Source: the human T2T-CHM13v2.0 reference genome, Homo sapiens
Length of the DNA: 64,000 nucleotides
Reading direction: 5' to 3' (one strand)
Assembly (NCBI RefSeq): GCF_009914755.1
Contig: NC_060939.1
Shown: piece by piece, positions 45,676 through 62,451 of the stretch
Layout of the letters: the number at the start of each line of letters is the position of its first letter
Numbering within the stretch: the first letter of the stretch is position 1
Notes under the pieces: generated by a model
What the model was told of the DNA's origin: nothing
The model's input: only the letters and a program-made list of their open reading frames with translations
The model's database searches: none
Position numbers and translations under genes: made by a program

Positions 45676-47825
45676 TTATATATGATATATGTTATATGTT
45701 ATGTAATATGCTTTATATGTAATATATAACCTCATATATATTATATGTCATAATATATAATAGTTATCCTGTGTCATATTATATATATTATATATTTCAT
45801 AACATATATAATATATAATACATATTATACATCTTATATATGAAAATATGTAATTAGAGATAAAATAACATATAGTTATATATAATATGATATATAACAT
45901 ATATACTATATCATATATGATATATAATATATAATTTTTTATTGCATATTATAATATATATATGTTATAATTTATATAATGATATAATTATATATATAAT
46001 ATAAATAATTATACATGCTTATATAATTATATATAATATAAATAATAATATATATAATTACATATTCATATCGTTATATATAATAATACATTTCATATGT
46101 AATTATATATATCATATAATAGACAACACACCTAATATATAATATATAATATATATTATACAATATAGGATACAAAAGATGTATGATATATAAGATATCA
46201 TAATATAATATATATTTTAACATTATGTATGTAACATGTAATATGTGATATATAAAATAAATTATGTAATATAAAATAATATAATATAATATATACTATA
46301 TTAAGGTATATTATGTAAAGTATGTAATAAAATTATAAGTAACATAATATATAGTTATATATATTATCTTATGTATTTACATAGAGTATTATACAGTTAT
46401 ATATAATTTTAAATTGTTATATATAATTTAATATAAAACAAATATAATATATATCATAACATATATATTGTATACCATATATATATTATGTATCATATAT
46501 TGTATGTTATATATTATATATTCTATATCATATATCATATATTATATGTTATATATATCACATTCCACATTTTGTATATTATAAATTATATGCAATATAT
46601 GACATGTATTATATTATATATAATAAATTATACATTATATGTAACATAGTATATATTATATGTAACATGTATATTCTATGTAAAATATATAATATATAAC
46701 ATATTACATATAATTAATAACATAGACATATAATATATATTTAACATATGTACTATATATACAACGTATTATACATATACTATATAATATATATTATATA
46801 TATGGCATAAAATATAATATATATTATATGTCATATTTTATATATACAATTATATATTATTATATGTTATTTTATATTATCTATAACATAGATATAATAT
46901 ATATACCTATAATGTATATTACATATAATGTAGATATTATATATAATATATATAATGTATATTATATATAACGTAGATATTATATATAATATATATAATG
47001 TATATTATATATTTAATACGTATACTAACCATATAATATATTCTATATATGATATATAATATATATTATATATGTCATAAAATATAATATATATTATATG
47101 TCATTGTATAAATATAATACTTATATATTATCAATTATTATATTACATTTAATATATATAATATAAGATGCAGGATGTGAAACAATATTATATATATGTT
47201 ATTTATATTATATATATGATACTATATATTATTGTATACATAATGTGTATATATATTTGTGGGTGCCCTATTTCCCATCTCATAACTTGTTTTAAGAAGC
47301 GCAGCATAATAATGTGTGGGCTTGGGATTCAGTTTTTGAAACAAAACACTGAGCCTTCAATGACCTTTCGGTCTATGTAGAAGCGCTCCTGTCTTCGTGG
47401 CAGCAGTTGGACCTCACAATGTGGATTGTGCCGTCACCCTGCAATGTTTATGCCCTATCGCCATGGTGACGGGATTAGGGATCTCCTGCTCTTGGTCCTA
47501 AAGGCCACTGTCTGTGCTGTGTTTTTCAAAGGTCAGCACAGAGTGAACCTTTGTGGTTTTATTTTCCCTGAGTTTGATTTTTCTCATGGGGAACCTGTGG
47601 TGCTGCTTTGAAGGTATATTCATACTGGCCTTTCAAATGCCAACTCTTCAAATTACTAGTTAATGCTTTCAAAGTATGTTATTTCAAAAATTATCCTCCG
47701 TATTTTCCATATGCAGTTATAAATATGTTTCATGGTTATGTTTCATTCCTCAGTTTATATATTTGATTATTGTACCAAGCAGAGTACCTTTGAAATTTTT
47801 TTTCATCTAAAAAATATGTAAATTA

Positions 47826-48115
47826 GCTCAGGCCTGTAATCCCAGCAAATTTGGAGGCCAAGGCAAGGGGATCACAAGGTAAAGAGATCAAGACCATCCT
47901 GGCCAATACAGTGAAACGCTGTCACTACTAAAAATCCAAAAAATTAGCTAGGCATTGTGGCAGCTGGTGTAGTCCCAGTGTGGTGTAGTCCAAGCTACCT
48001 GGGAGGCTGAGGGAGGGCAATCGCTTGAACCCGTGAGGCAGATGTTGCAGTGAGCAAATTTGGTGCCATTGTACTCCACCCTGTGCAACAGGACAACACT
48101 CTGTCTAAAAAAAAA
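47826..48115 (+). mobile_element. Alu remnant, unit 20
   Basis: Copy of the 1548-1837 Alu. Confidence 0.93.
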
Positions 48116-50253
48116 TTATATATGATATATGTTATATGTTATGTAATATGCTTTATATGTAATATATAAACTCATATATATTATATGTCATAATATATAA
48201 TAGTTATCCTGTGTCATATTATATATATTATATATTTCATAACATATATAATATATAATACATATTATACAACTTATATATGAAAATATGTAATTAGAGA
48301 TAAAATAACATATAGTTATATATAATATGATATATAACATATATACTATATCATATATGATATATAATATATAATTTTTTATTGCATATTATAATTCATA
48401 TATATTATAATTTATATAATGATATAATTATTTATATAATATAAATAATTATACATGATTATATAATTATATATAATATAAATAATAATATATATAATTA
48501 CATATTCATATCGTTATATATAATAATACATTTCATATGTAATTATATATATCATATAATAGACAACACACCTAATATATAATATATAATATATATTATA
48601 CTATATAGGATACAAAAGATGTATGATATATAAGATATCATAATATAATATATATTTTAACATTATGTATGTAACATGTAATATGTGATATATAAAATAA
48701 ATTATGTAATATAAAATAATATAATATAATATATACTATATTAAGGTATATTATGTAAAGTATGTAATAAAATTATAAGTAACATAATATATAGTTATAT
48801 ATATTATCTTATGTATTTACATAGAGTATTATACAGTTATATATAATTTTAAATTGTTATATATAATTTAATATAAAACAAATATAATATACATCATAAC
48901 ATATATATTGTATACCATATATATATTATGTATCATATATTGTATGTTATATATCATATATTGTATATCATATATTATATGTTATATGTATCACATTCCA
49001 CATTTTGTATATTATAAATTATATACAATATATGACATATATTATATTATATATAATAAATTATACATTATATGTAACATAGTATATATTATATGTAACA
49101 TGTATATTCTATGTAAAATATATAATATATAACATATTACATATAATTAATAACATAGACATATAATATATATTTAATATATGTACTATATATACAACGT
49201 ATTATACATATACTATATAATATATATTATATATATGGCATAAAATATAATATATATTATATGTCATATTTTATATATACAATTATATATTATTATATGT
49301 TATTTTATATTATCTATAACATAGATATAATATATATACCTATAATGTATATTACATATAACGTAGATATTATATATAATATATATAATGTATATTATAT
49401 ATAACGTAGATATTATATATAATATATATAATGTATATTATATATTTAATACGTATATTAACCATATAATATATTCTATATATGATATATAATATATATT
49501 ATATATGTCATAAAACATAATATATATTATATGTCATTGTATAAATATAATATATATTATCAATTATTATATTACATTTAATATATATAATATAAGATGC
49601 AGGATGTGAGACAATATTATATATATGTTATTTATATTAAATATATGATACTATATATTATTGTATACATAATGTGTATATATATTTGTGGGTGCCCTAT
49701 TTCCCATCTCATAACTTGTTTTAAGAAGCGCAGCATAATAATGTGTGGGCTTGGGATTCAGTTTTTGAAACAAAACACTGAGCCTTCAATGACCTTTCGG
49801 TCTATGTAGAAGCGCTCCTGTCTTCGTGGCAGCAGTTGGACCTCACAATGTGGATTGTGCCGTCACCCTGCAATGTTTATGCCCTATCGCCATGGTGACG
49901 GGATTAGGGATCTCCTGCTCTTGGTCCTAAAGGCCACTGTCTGTGCTGTGTTTTTCAAAGGTCAGCACAGAGTGAACCTTTGTGGTTTTATTTTCCCTGA
50001 GTTTGATTTTTCTCATGGGGAACCTGTGGTGCTGCTTTGAAGGTATATTCATACTGGCCTTTCAAATGCCAACTCTTCAAATTACTAGTTAATGCTTTCA
50101 AAGTATGTTATTTCAAAAATTATCCTCCGTATTTTCCATATGCAGTTATAAATATGTTTCATGGTTATGTTTCATTCCTCAGTTTATATATTTCATTATT
50201 GTACCAAGCAGAGTACCTTTGAAATTTTTTTCATCTAAAAAATATGTAAATTA

Positions 50254-50543
50254 GCTCAGGCCTGTAATCCCAGCAAATTTGGAGGCCAAGGCAAGGGGAT
50301 CACAAGGTAAAGAGATCAAGACCATCCTGGCCAATACAGTGAAACGCTGTCACTACTAAAAATCCAAAAAATTAGCTAGGCATTGTGGCAGCTGGTGTAG
50401 TCCCAGTGTGGTGTAGTCCAAGCTACCTGGGAGGCTGAGGGAGGGCAATCGCTTGAACCCGTGAGGCAGATGTTGCAGTGAGCAAATTTGGTGCCATTGT
50501 ACTCCACCCTGTGCAACAGGACAACACTCTGTCTAAAAAAAAA
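50254..50543 (+). mobile_element. Alu remnant, unit 21
   Basis: Copy of the 1548-1837 Alu. Confidence 0.93.
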
Positions 50544-52681
50544 TTATATATGATATATGTTATATGTTATGTAATATGCTTTATATGTAATATATAACCT
50601 CATATATATTATATGTCATAATATATAATAGTTATCCTGTGTCATATTATATATATTATATATTTCATAACATATATAATATATAATACATATTATACAT
50701 CTTATATATGAAAATATGTAATTAGAGATAAAATAACATATAGTTATATATAATATGATATATAACATATATACTATATCATATATGATATATAATATAT
50801 AATTTTTTATTGCATATTATAATATATATATGTTATAATTTATATAATGATATAATTATATATATAATATAAATAATTATACATGCTTATATAATTATAT
50901 ATAATATAAATAATAATATATATAATTACATATTCATATCGTTATATATAATAATACATTTCATATGTAATTATATATATCATATAATAGACAACACACC
51001 TAATATATAATATATAATATATATTATACAATATAGGATACAAAAGATGTATGATATATAAGATATCATAATATAATATATATTTTAACATTATGTATGT
51101 AACATGTAATATGTGATATATAAAATAAATTATGTAATATAAAATAATATAATATAATATATACTATATTAAGGTATATTATGTAAAGTATGTAATAAAA
51201 TTATAAGTAACATAATATATAGTTATATATATTATCTTATGTATTTACATAGAGTATTATACAGTTATATATAATTTTAAATTGTTATATATAATTTAAT
51301 ATAAAACAAATATAATATACATCATAACATATATATTGTATACCATATATATATTATGTATCATATATTGTATGTTATATATCATATATTGTATATCATA
51401 TATTATATGTTATATGTATCACATTCCACATTTTGTATATTATAAATTATATACAATATATGACATATATTATATTATATATAATAAATTATACATTATA
51501 TGTAACATAGTATATATTATATGTAACATGTATATTCTATGTAAAATATATAATATATAACATATTACATATAATTAATAACATAGACATATAATATATA
51601 TTTAATATATGTACTATATATACAACGTATTATACATATACTATATAATATATATTATATATATGGCATAAAATATAATATATATTATATGTCATATTTT
51701 ATATATACAATTATATATTATTATATGTTATTTTATATTATCTATAACATAGATATAATATATATACCTATAATGTATATTACATATAACGTAGATATTA
51801 TATATAATATATATAATGTATATTATATATAACGTAGATATTATATATAATATATATAATGTATATTATATATTTAATACGTATATTAACCATATAATAT
51901 ATTCTATATATGATATATAATATATATTATATATGTCATAAAACATAATATATATTATATGTCATTGTATAAATATAATATATATTATCAATTATTATAT
52001 TACATTTAATATATATAATATAAGATGCAGGATGTGAGACAATATTATATATATGTTATTTATATTATATATATGATACTATATATTATTGTATACATAA
52101 TGTGTATATATATTTGTGGGTGCCCTATTTCCCATCTCATAACTTGTTTTAAGAAGCGCAGCATAATAATGTGTGGGCTTGGGATTCAGTTTTTGAAACA
52201 AAACACTGAGCCTTCAATGACCTTTCGGTCTATGTAGAAGCGCTCCTGTCTTCGTGGCAGCAGTTGGACCTCACAATGTGGATTGTGCCGTCACCCTGCA
52301 ATGTTTATGCCCTATCGCCATGGTGACGGGATTAGGGATCTCCTGCTCTTGGTCCTAAAGGCCACTGTCTGTGCTGTGTTTTTCAAAGGTCAGCACAGAG
52401 TGAACCTTTGTGGTTTTATTTTCCCTGAGTTTGATTTTTCTCATGGGGAACCTGTGGTGCTGCTTTGAAGGTATATTCATACTGGCCTTTCAAATGCCAA
52501 CTCTTCAAATTACTAGTTAATGCTTTCAAAGTATGTTATTTCAAAAATTATCCTCCGTATTTTCCATATGCAGTTATAAATATGTTTCATGGTTATGTTT
52601 CATTCCTCAGTTTATATATTTGATTATTGTACCAAGCAGAGTACCTTTGAAATTTTTTTCATCTAAAAAATATGTAAATTA

Positions 52682-52971
52682 GCTCAGGCCTGTAATCCCA
52701 GCAAATTTGGAGGCCAAGGCAAGGGGATCACAAGGTAAAGAGATCAAGACCATCCTGGCCAATACAGTGAAACGCTGTCACTACTAAAAATCCAAAAAAT
52801 TAGCTAGGCATTGTGGCAGCTGGTGTAGTCCCAGTGTGGTGTAGTCCAAGCTACCTGGGAGGCTGAGGGAGGGCAATCGCTTGAACCCGTGAGGCAGATG
52901 TTGCAGTGAGCAAATTTGGTGCCATTGTACTCCACCCTGTGCAACAGGACAACACTCTGTCTAAAAAAAAA
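52682..52971 (+). mobile_element. Alu remnant, unit 22
   Basis: Copy of the 1548-1837 Alu. Confidence 0.93.
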
Positions 52972-55115
52972 TTATATATGATATATGTTATATGTTATGT
53001 AATATGCTTTATATGTAATATATAACCTCATATATATTATATGTCATAATATATAATAGTTATCCTGTGTCATATTATATATATTATATATTTCATAACA
53101 TATATAATATATAATACATATTATACATCTTATATATGAAAATATGTAATTAGAGATAAAATAACATATAGTTATATATAATATGATATATAACATATAT
53201 ACTATATCATATATGATATATAATATATAATTTTTTATTGCATATTATAATATATATATGTTATAATTTATATAATGATATAATTATATATATAATATAA
53301 ATAATTATACATGCTTATATAATTATATATAATATAAATAATAATATATATAATTACATATTCATATCGTTATATATAATAATACATTTCATATGTAATT
53401 ATATATATCATATAATAGACAACACACCTAATATATAATATATAATATCTATTATACAATATAGGATACAAAAGATGTATGATATATAAGATATCATAAT
53501 ATAATATATATTTTAACATTATGTATGTAACATGTAATATGTGATATATAAAATAAATTATGTAATATAAAATAATATAATATAATATATACTATATTAA
53601 GGTATATTATGTAAAGTATGTAATAAAATTATAAGTAACATAATATATAGTTATATATATTATCTTATGTATTTACATAGAGTATTATACAGTTATATAT
53701 AATTTTAAATTGTTATATATAATTTAATATAAAACAAATATAATATATATCATAACATATATATTGTATACCATATATATATTATGTATCATATATTGTA
53801 TGTTATATATTATATATTGTATATCATATATCATATATTATATGTTATATGTATCACATTCCACATTTTGTATATTATAAATTATATACAATATATGACA
53901 TATATTATATTATATATAATAAATTATACATTATATGTAACATAGTATATATTATATGTAACATGTATATTCTATGTAAAATATATAATATATAACATAT
54001 TACATATAATTAATAACATAGACATATAATATATATTTAACATATGTACTATATATACAACGTATTATACATATACTATATAATATATATTATATATATG
54101 GCATAAAATATAATATATATTATATGTCATATTTTATATATACAATTATATATTATTATATGTTATTTTATATTATCTACAACATAGATATAATATATAT
54201 ACCTATAATGTATATTACATATAACGTAGATATTATATATAATATATATAATGTCTATTATATATAACGTAGATATTATATATAATATATATAATGTATA
54301 TTATATATTTAATACGTATATTAACCATATAATATATTCTATATATGATATATAATATATATTATATATGTCATAAAATATATATATTATATATCATTGT
54401 ATAAATATACTTATATATTATCAATTATTATATTACATTTAATATATATAATATAAGATGCAGGATGTGAAACAATATTATATATATGTTATTTATATTA
54501 TATATATGATACTATATATTATTGTATACATAATGTGTATATATATTTGTGGGTGCCCTATTTCCCATCTCATAACTTGTTTTAAGAAGCGCAGCATAAT
54601 AATGTGTGGGCTTGGGATTCAGTTTTTGAAACAAAACACTGAGCCTTCAATGACCTTTCGGTCTATGTAGAAGCGCTCCTGTCTTCGTGGCAGCAGTTGG
54701 ACCTCACAATGTGGATTGTGCCGTCACCCTGCAATGTTTATGCCCTATCGCCATGGTGACGGGATTAGGGATCTCCTGCTCTTGGTCCTAAAGGCCACTG
54801 TCTGTGCTGTGTTTTTCAAAGGTCAGCACAGAGTGAACCTTTGTGGTTTTATTTTCCCTGAGTTTGATTTTTCTCATGGGGAACCTGTGGTGCTGCTTTG
54901 AAGGTATATTCATACTGGCCTTTCAAATGCCAACTCTTCAAATTACTAGTTAATGCTTTCAAAGTATGTTATTTCAAAAATTATCCTCCGTATTTTCCAT
55001 ATGCAGTTATAAATATGTTTCATGGTTATGTTTCATTCCTCAGTTTATATATTTGATTATTGTACCAAGCAGAGTACCTTTGAAATTTTTTTTCATCTAA
55101 AAAATATGTAAATTA

Positions 55116-55405
55116 GCTCAGGCCTGTAATCCCAGCAAATTTGGAGGCCAAGGCAAGGGGATCACAAGGTAAAGAGATCAAGACCATCCTGGCCAATACA
55201 GTGAAACGCTGTCACTACTAAAAATCCAAAAAATTAGCTAGGCATTGTGGCAGCTGGTGTAGTCCCAGTGTGGTGTAGTCCAAGCTACCTGGGAGGCTGA
55301 GGGAGGGCAATCGCTTGAACCCGTGAGGCAGATGTTGCAGTGAGCAAATTTGGTGCCATTGTACTCCACCCTGTGCAACAGGACAACACTCTGTCTAAAA
55401 AAAAA
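55116..55405 (+). mobile_element. Alu remnant, unit 23
   Basis: Copy of the 1548-1837 Alu. Confidence 0.93.
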
Positions 55406-57542
55406 TTATATATGATATATGTTATATGTTATGTAATATGCTTTATATGTAATATATAACCTCATATATATTATATGTCATAATATATAATAGTTATCCT
55501 GTGTCATATTATATATATTATATATTTCATAACATATATAATATATAATACATATTATACATCTTATATATGAAAATATGTAATTAGAGATAAAATAACA
55601 TATAGTTATATATAATATGATATATAACATATATACTATATCATATATGATATATAATATATTTTTATTACATATTATAGTTCATATATATTATAATTTA
55701 TATAATGATATAATTATTTATATAATATAAATAATTATACATGATTATATAATTATATATAATATAAATAATAATATATATAATTACATATTCATATCGT
55801 TATATATAATAATACATTTCATATGTAATTATATATATCATATAATAGACAACACACCTAATATATAATATATAATATATATTATACAATATAGGATACA
55901 TAATATGTATGATATATAAGATATCATAATATAATATATATTTTAACATTATGTATGTAACATGTAATATGTGATATATAAAATAAATTATGTAATATAA
56001 AATAATATAATATAATATATATTATATTAAGGTATATTATGTAAAGTATGTAATAAAATTATAAGTAACATAATATATAGTTATATATATTATCTTATGT
56101 ATTTACATAGAGTATTATACAGTTATATATAATTTTAAATTGTTATATATAATTTAATATAAAACAAATATAATATACATCATAAAATATATATTGTATA
56201 CCATATATATTATGTATCATATATTGCATGTTATATATCATATATTGTATATCATATATTATATGTTATATGTATCACATTCCACATTTTGTATATTATA
56301 AATTATATACAATATATGACATATATTATATTATATATAATAAATTATACATTATATGTAACATAGTATATATTATATGTAACATGTATATTCTATGTAA
56401 AATATATAATATATAACATATTACATATAATTAATAACATAGACATATAATATATATTTAATATATGTACTATATATACAACGTATTATACATGTACTAT
56501 ATATTATATATTATATATATGGCATAAAATATAATATATATTATATGTCATATTTTATATATACAATTATATATTATTATATGTTATTTTATATTATCTA
56601 TAACATAGATATAATATATATACCTATAATGTATATTACATATAACGTAGATATTATATATAATATATATAATGTATATTATATATAACGTAGATATTAT
56701 ATATAATATATATAATATATATTATATATTTAATACGTATATTAACCATATAATATATTCTATATATGATATATAATATATATTATATATGTCATAAAAT
56801 ATAATATATATTATATGTCATTGTATAAATATAATACTTATATATTATCAATTATTATATTACATTTAATATATATAATATAAGATGCAGGATGTGAAAC
56901 AATATTATATATATGTTATTTATATTATATATATGATACTATATATTATTGTATACATAATGTGTATATATATTTGTGGGTGCCCTATTTCCCATCTCAT
57001 AACTTGTTTTAAGAAGCGCAGCATAATAATGTGTGGGCTTGGGATTCAGTTTTTGAAACAAAACACTGAGCCTTCAATGACCTTTCGGTCTATGTAGAAG
57101 CGCTCCTGTCTTCGTGGCAGCAGTTGGACCTCACAATGTGGATTGTGCCGTCACCCTGCAATGTTTATGCCCTATCGCCATGGTGACGGGATTAGGGATC
57201 TCCTGCTCTTGGTCCTAAAGGCCACTGTCTGTGCTGTGTTTTTCAAAGGTCAGCACAGAGTGAACCTTTGTGGTTTTATTTTCCCTGAGTTTGATTTTTC
57301 TCATGGGGAACTTGTGGTGCTGCTTTGAAGGTATATTCATACTGGCCTTTCAAATGCCAACTCTTCAAATTACTAGTTAATGCTTTCAAAGTATGTTATT
57401 TCAAAAATTATCCTCCGTATTTTCCATATGCAGTTATAAATATGTTTCATGGTTATGTTTCATTCCTCAGTTTATATATTTGATTATTGTACCAAGCAGA
57501 GTACCTTTGAAATTTTTTTTCATCTAAAAAATATGTAAATTA

Positions 57543-57831
57543 GCTCAGGCCTGTAATCCCAGCAAATTTGGAGGCCAAGGCAAGGGGATCACAAGGTAAA
57601 GAGATCAAGACCATCCTGGCCAATACAGTGAAACGCTGTCACTACTAAAAATCCAAAAAATTAGCTAGGCATTGTGGCAGCTGGTGTAGCCCAGTGTGGT
57701 GTAGTCCAAGCTACCTGGGAGGCTGAGGGAGGGCAATCGCTTGAACCCGTGAGGCAGATGTTGCAGTGAGCAAATTTGGTGCCATTGTACTCCACCCTGT
57801 GCAACAGGACAACACTCTGTCTAAAAAAAAA
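57543..57831 (+). mobile_element. Alu remnant, unit 24
   Basis: Copy of the Alu with a 1-bp deletion (GGTGTAG-CCC) near 57689. Confidence 0.93.
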
Positions 57832-57940
57832 TTATATATGATATATGTTATATGTTATGTAATATGCTTTATATGTAATATATAACCTCATATATATTAT
57901 ATGTCATAATATATAATATTTATCCTGTGTCATATTATAT

Positions 57941-58014
57941 ATATTATATATTTCATAACATATATAATATATAATACATATTATATATTTCATAACATAT
58001 ATAATATATAATAC
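57941..58014 (+). repeat. Unit-private 37-bp direct tandem duplication
   Basis: ATATTATATATTTCATAACATATATAATATATAATAC occurs at 57941-57977 and 57978-58014, and once only in other units. It explains the outlier 2,473 bp spacing. Confidence 0.9.
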
Positions 58015-60015
58015 ATATTATACATCTTATATATGAAAATATGTAATTAGAGATAAAATAACATATAGTTATATATAATATGATATATAACATATATACT
58101 ATATCATATATGATATATAATATATAATTTTTTATTACATATTATAATTCATATATATTATAATTTATATAATGATATAATTATTTATATAATATAAATA
58201 ATTATACATAATTATATAATTATATATAATATAAATAATAATATATATAATTACATATTCATATCGTTATATATAATAATACATTTCATATGTAATTATA
58301 TATATCATATAATAGACAACACACCTAATATATAATATATAATATCTATTATACAATATAGGATACATAATATGTATGATATATAAGATATCATAATATA
58401 ATATATATTTTAACATTATGTATGTAACATGTAATATGTGATATATAAAATAAATTATGTAATATAAAATAATATAATATAATATATACTATATTAAGGT
58501 ATATTATGTAAAGTATGTAATAAAATTATAAGTAACATAATATATAGTTATATATATTATCTTATGTATTTACATAGAGTATTATACAGTTATATATAAT
58601 TTTAAATTGTTATATATAATTTAATATAAAACAAATATAATATATATCATAACATATATATTGTATACCATATATATATTATGTATCATATATTGTATGT
58701 TATATATTATATATTGTATATCATATATCATATATTATATGTTATATGTATCACATTCCACATTTTGTATATTATAAATTATATACAATATATGACATAT
58801 ATTATATTATATATAATAAATTACACATTATATGTAACATAGTATATATTATATGTAACATGTATATTCTATGTAAAATATATAATATATAACATATTAC
58901 ATATAATTAATAACATAGACATATAATATATATTTAACATATGTACTATATATACAACGTATTATACATATACTATATAATATATATTATATATATGGCA
59001 TAAAATATAATATATATTATATGTCATATTTTATATATACAATTATATATTATTATATGTTATTTTATATTATCTACAACATAGATATAATATATATACC
59101 TATAATGTATATTACATATAACGTAGATATTATATATAATATATATAATGTATATTATATATAACGTAGATATTATATATAATATATATAATGTATATTA
59201 TATATTTTATACGTATATTAACCATATAATATATTCTATATATGATATATAATATATATTATATATGTCATAAAATATATATATTATATGTCATTGTATA
59301 AATATAATACTTATATATTATCAATTATTATATTACATTTAATATATATAATATAAGATGCAGGATGTGAAACAATATTATATATATGTTATTTATATTA
59401 TATATATGATACTATATATTATTGTATACATAATGTGTATATATATTTGTGGGTGCCCTATTTCCCATCTCATAACTTGTTTTAAGAAGCGCAGCATAAT
59501 AATGTGTGGGCTTGGGATTCAGTTTTTGAAACAAAACACTGAGCCTTCAATGACCTTTCGGTCTATGTAGAAGCGCTCCTGTCTTCGTGGCAGCAGTTGG
59601 ACCTCACAATGTGGATTGTGCCGTCACCCTGCAATGTTTATGCCCTATCGCCATGGTGACGGGATTAGGGATCTCCTGCTCTTGGTCCTAAAGGCCACTG
59701 TCTGTGCTGTGTTTTTCAAAGGTCAGCACAGAGTGAACCTTTGTGGTTTTATTTTCCCTGAGTTTGATTTTTCTCATGGGGAACCTGTGGTGCTGCTTTG
59801 AAGGTATATTCATACTGGCCTTTCAAATGCCAACTCTTCAAATTACTAGTTAATGCTTTCAAAGTATGTTATTTCAAAAATTATCCTCCGTATTTTCCAT
59901 ATGCAGTTATAAATATGTTTCATGGTTATGTTTCATTCCTCAGTTTATATATTTGATTATTGTACCAAGCAGAGTACCTTTGAAATTTTTTTTCATCTAA
60001 AAAATATGTAAATTA

Positions 60016-60305
60016 GCTCAGGCCTGTAATCCCAGCAAATTTGGAGGCCAAGGCAAGGGGATCACAAGGTAAAGAGATCAAGACCATCCTGGCCAATACA
60101 GTGAAACGCTGTCACTACTAAAAATCCAAAAAATTAGCTAGGCATTGTGGCAGCTGGTGTAGTCCCAGTGTGGTGTAGTCCAAGCTACCTGGGAGGCTGA
60201 GGGAGGGCAATCGCTTGAACCCGTGAGGCAGATGTTGCAGTGAGCAAATTTGGTGCCATTGTACTCCACCCTGTGCAACAGGACAACACTCTGTCTAAAA
60301 AAAAA
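60016..60305 (+). mobile_element. Alu remnant, unit 25
   Basis: Copy of the 1548-1837 Alu. Confidence 0.93.
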
Positions 60306-62451
60306 TTATATATGATATATGTTATATGTTATGTAATATGTTTATATGTAATATATAACCTCATATATATTATATGTCCTAATATATAATAGTTATCCTG
60401 TGTCATATTATATATATTATATATTTCATAACATATATAATATATAATACATATTATACATCTTATATATGAAAATATGTAATTAGAGATAAAATAACAT
60501 ATAGTTATATATAATATGATATATAACATATATACTATATCATATATGATATATAATATATAATTTTTTATTGCATATTATAATTCATATATATTATAAT
60601 TTATATAATGATATAATTATTTATATAATATAAATAATTATACATGATTATATAATTATATATAATATAAATAATAATATATGTAATTACATATTCATAT
60701 CGTTATATATAATAATACATTTCATATGTAATTATATATATCATATAATAGACAACACACCTAATATATAATATATAATATATATTATACAATATAGGAT
60801 ACATAATATGTATGATATATAAGATATCATAATATAATATATATTTTAACATTATGTATGTAACATGTAATATGTGATATATAAAATAAATTATGTAATA
60901 TAAAATAATATAATATAATATATACTATATTAAGGTATATTATGTAAAGTATGTAATAAAATTATAAGTAACATAATAAATAGTTATATATATTATCTTA
61001 TGTATTTACATAGAGTATTATACAGTTATATATAATTTTAAATTGTTATATATAATTTAATATAAAACAAATATAATATATATCATAACATATATATTGT
61101 ATACCATATATATATTATGTATCATATATTGTATGTTATATATTATATATTCTATATCATATATCATATATTATATGTTATATGTATCACATTCCACATT
61201 TTGTATATTATAAATTATATACAATATATGACATATATTATATTATATATAATAAATTACACATTATATGTAACATAGTATATATTATATGTAACATGTA
61301 TATTCTATGTAAAATATATAATATATAACATATTACATATAATTAATAACATAGACATATAATATATATTTAACATATGTACTATATATACAACGTATTA
61401 TACATATACTATATAATATATATTATATATATGGCATAAAATATAATATATATTATATGTCATATTTTATATATACAATTATATATTATTATATGTTATT
61501 TTATATTATCTACAACATAGATATAATATATATACCTATAATGTATATTACATATAACGTAGATATTATATATAATATATATAATGTATATTATATATAA
61601 CGTAGATATTATATATAATATATATAATGTATATTATATATTTAATACGTATATTAACCATATAATATATTCTATATATGATATATAATATATATTATAT
61701 ATGTCATAAAATATATATATTATATGTCATTGTATAAATATAATACTTATATATTATCAATTATTATATTACATTTAATATATATAATATAAGATGCAGG
61801 ATGTGAGACAATATTATATATATGTTATTTATATTATATATATGATACTATATATTATTGTATACATAATGTGTATATATATTTGTGGGTGCCCTATTTC
61901 CCATCTCATAACTTGTTTTAAGAAGCGCAGCATAATAATGTGTGGGCTTGGGATTCAGTTTTTGAAACAAAACACTGAGCCTTCAATGACCTTTCGGTCT
62001 ATGTAGAAGCGCTCCTGTCTTCGTGGCAGCAGTTGGACCTCACAATGTGGATTGTGCCGTCACCCTGCAATGTTTATGCCCTATCGCCATGGTGACGGGA
62101 TTAGGGATCTCCTGCTCTTGGTCCTAAAGGCCACTGTCTGTGCTGTGTTTTTCAAAGGTCAGCACAGAGTGAACCTTTGTGGTTTTATTTTCCCTGAGTT
62201 TGATTTTTCTCATGGGGAACCTGTGGTGCTGCTTTGAAGGTATATTCATACTGGCCTTTCAAATGCCAACTCTTCAAATTACTAGTTAATGCTTTCAAAG
62301 TATGTTATTTCAAAAATTATCCTCCGTATTTTCCATATGCAGTTATAAATATGTTTCATGGTTATGTTTCATTCCTCAGTTTATATATTTGATTATTGTA
62401 CCAAGCAGAGTACCTTTGAAATTTTTTTTCATCTAAAAAATATGTAAATTA

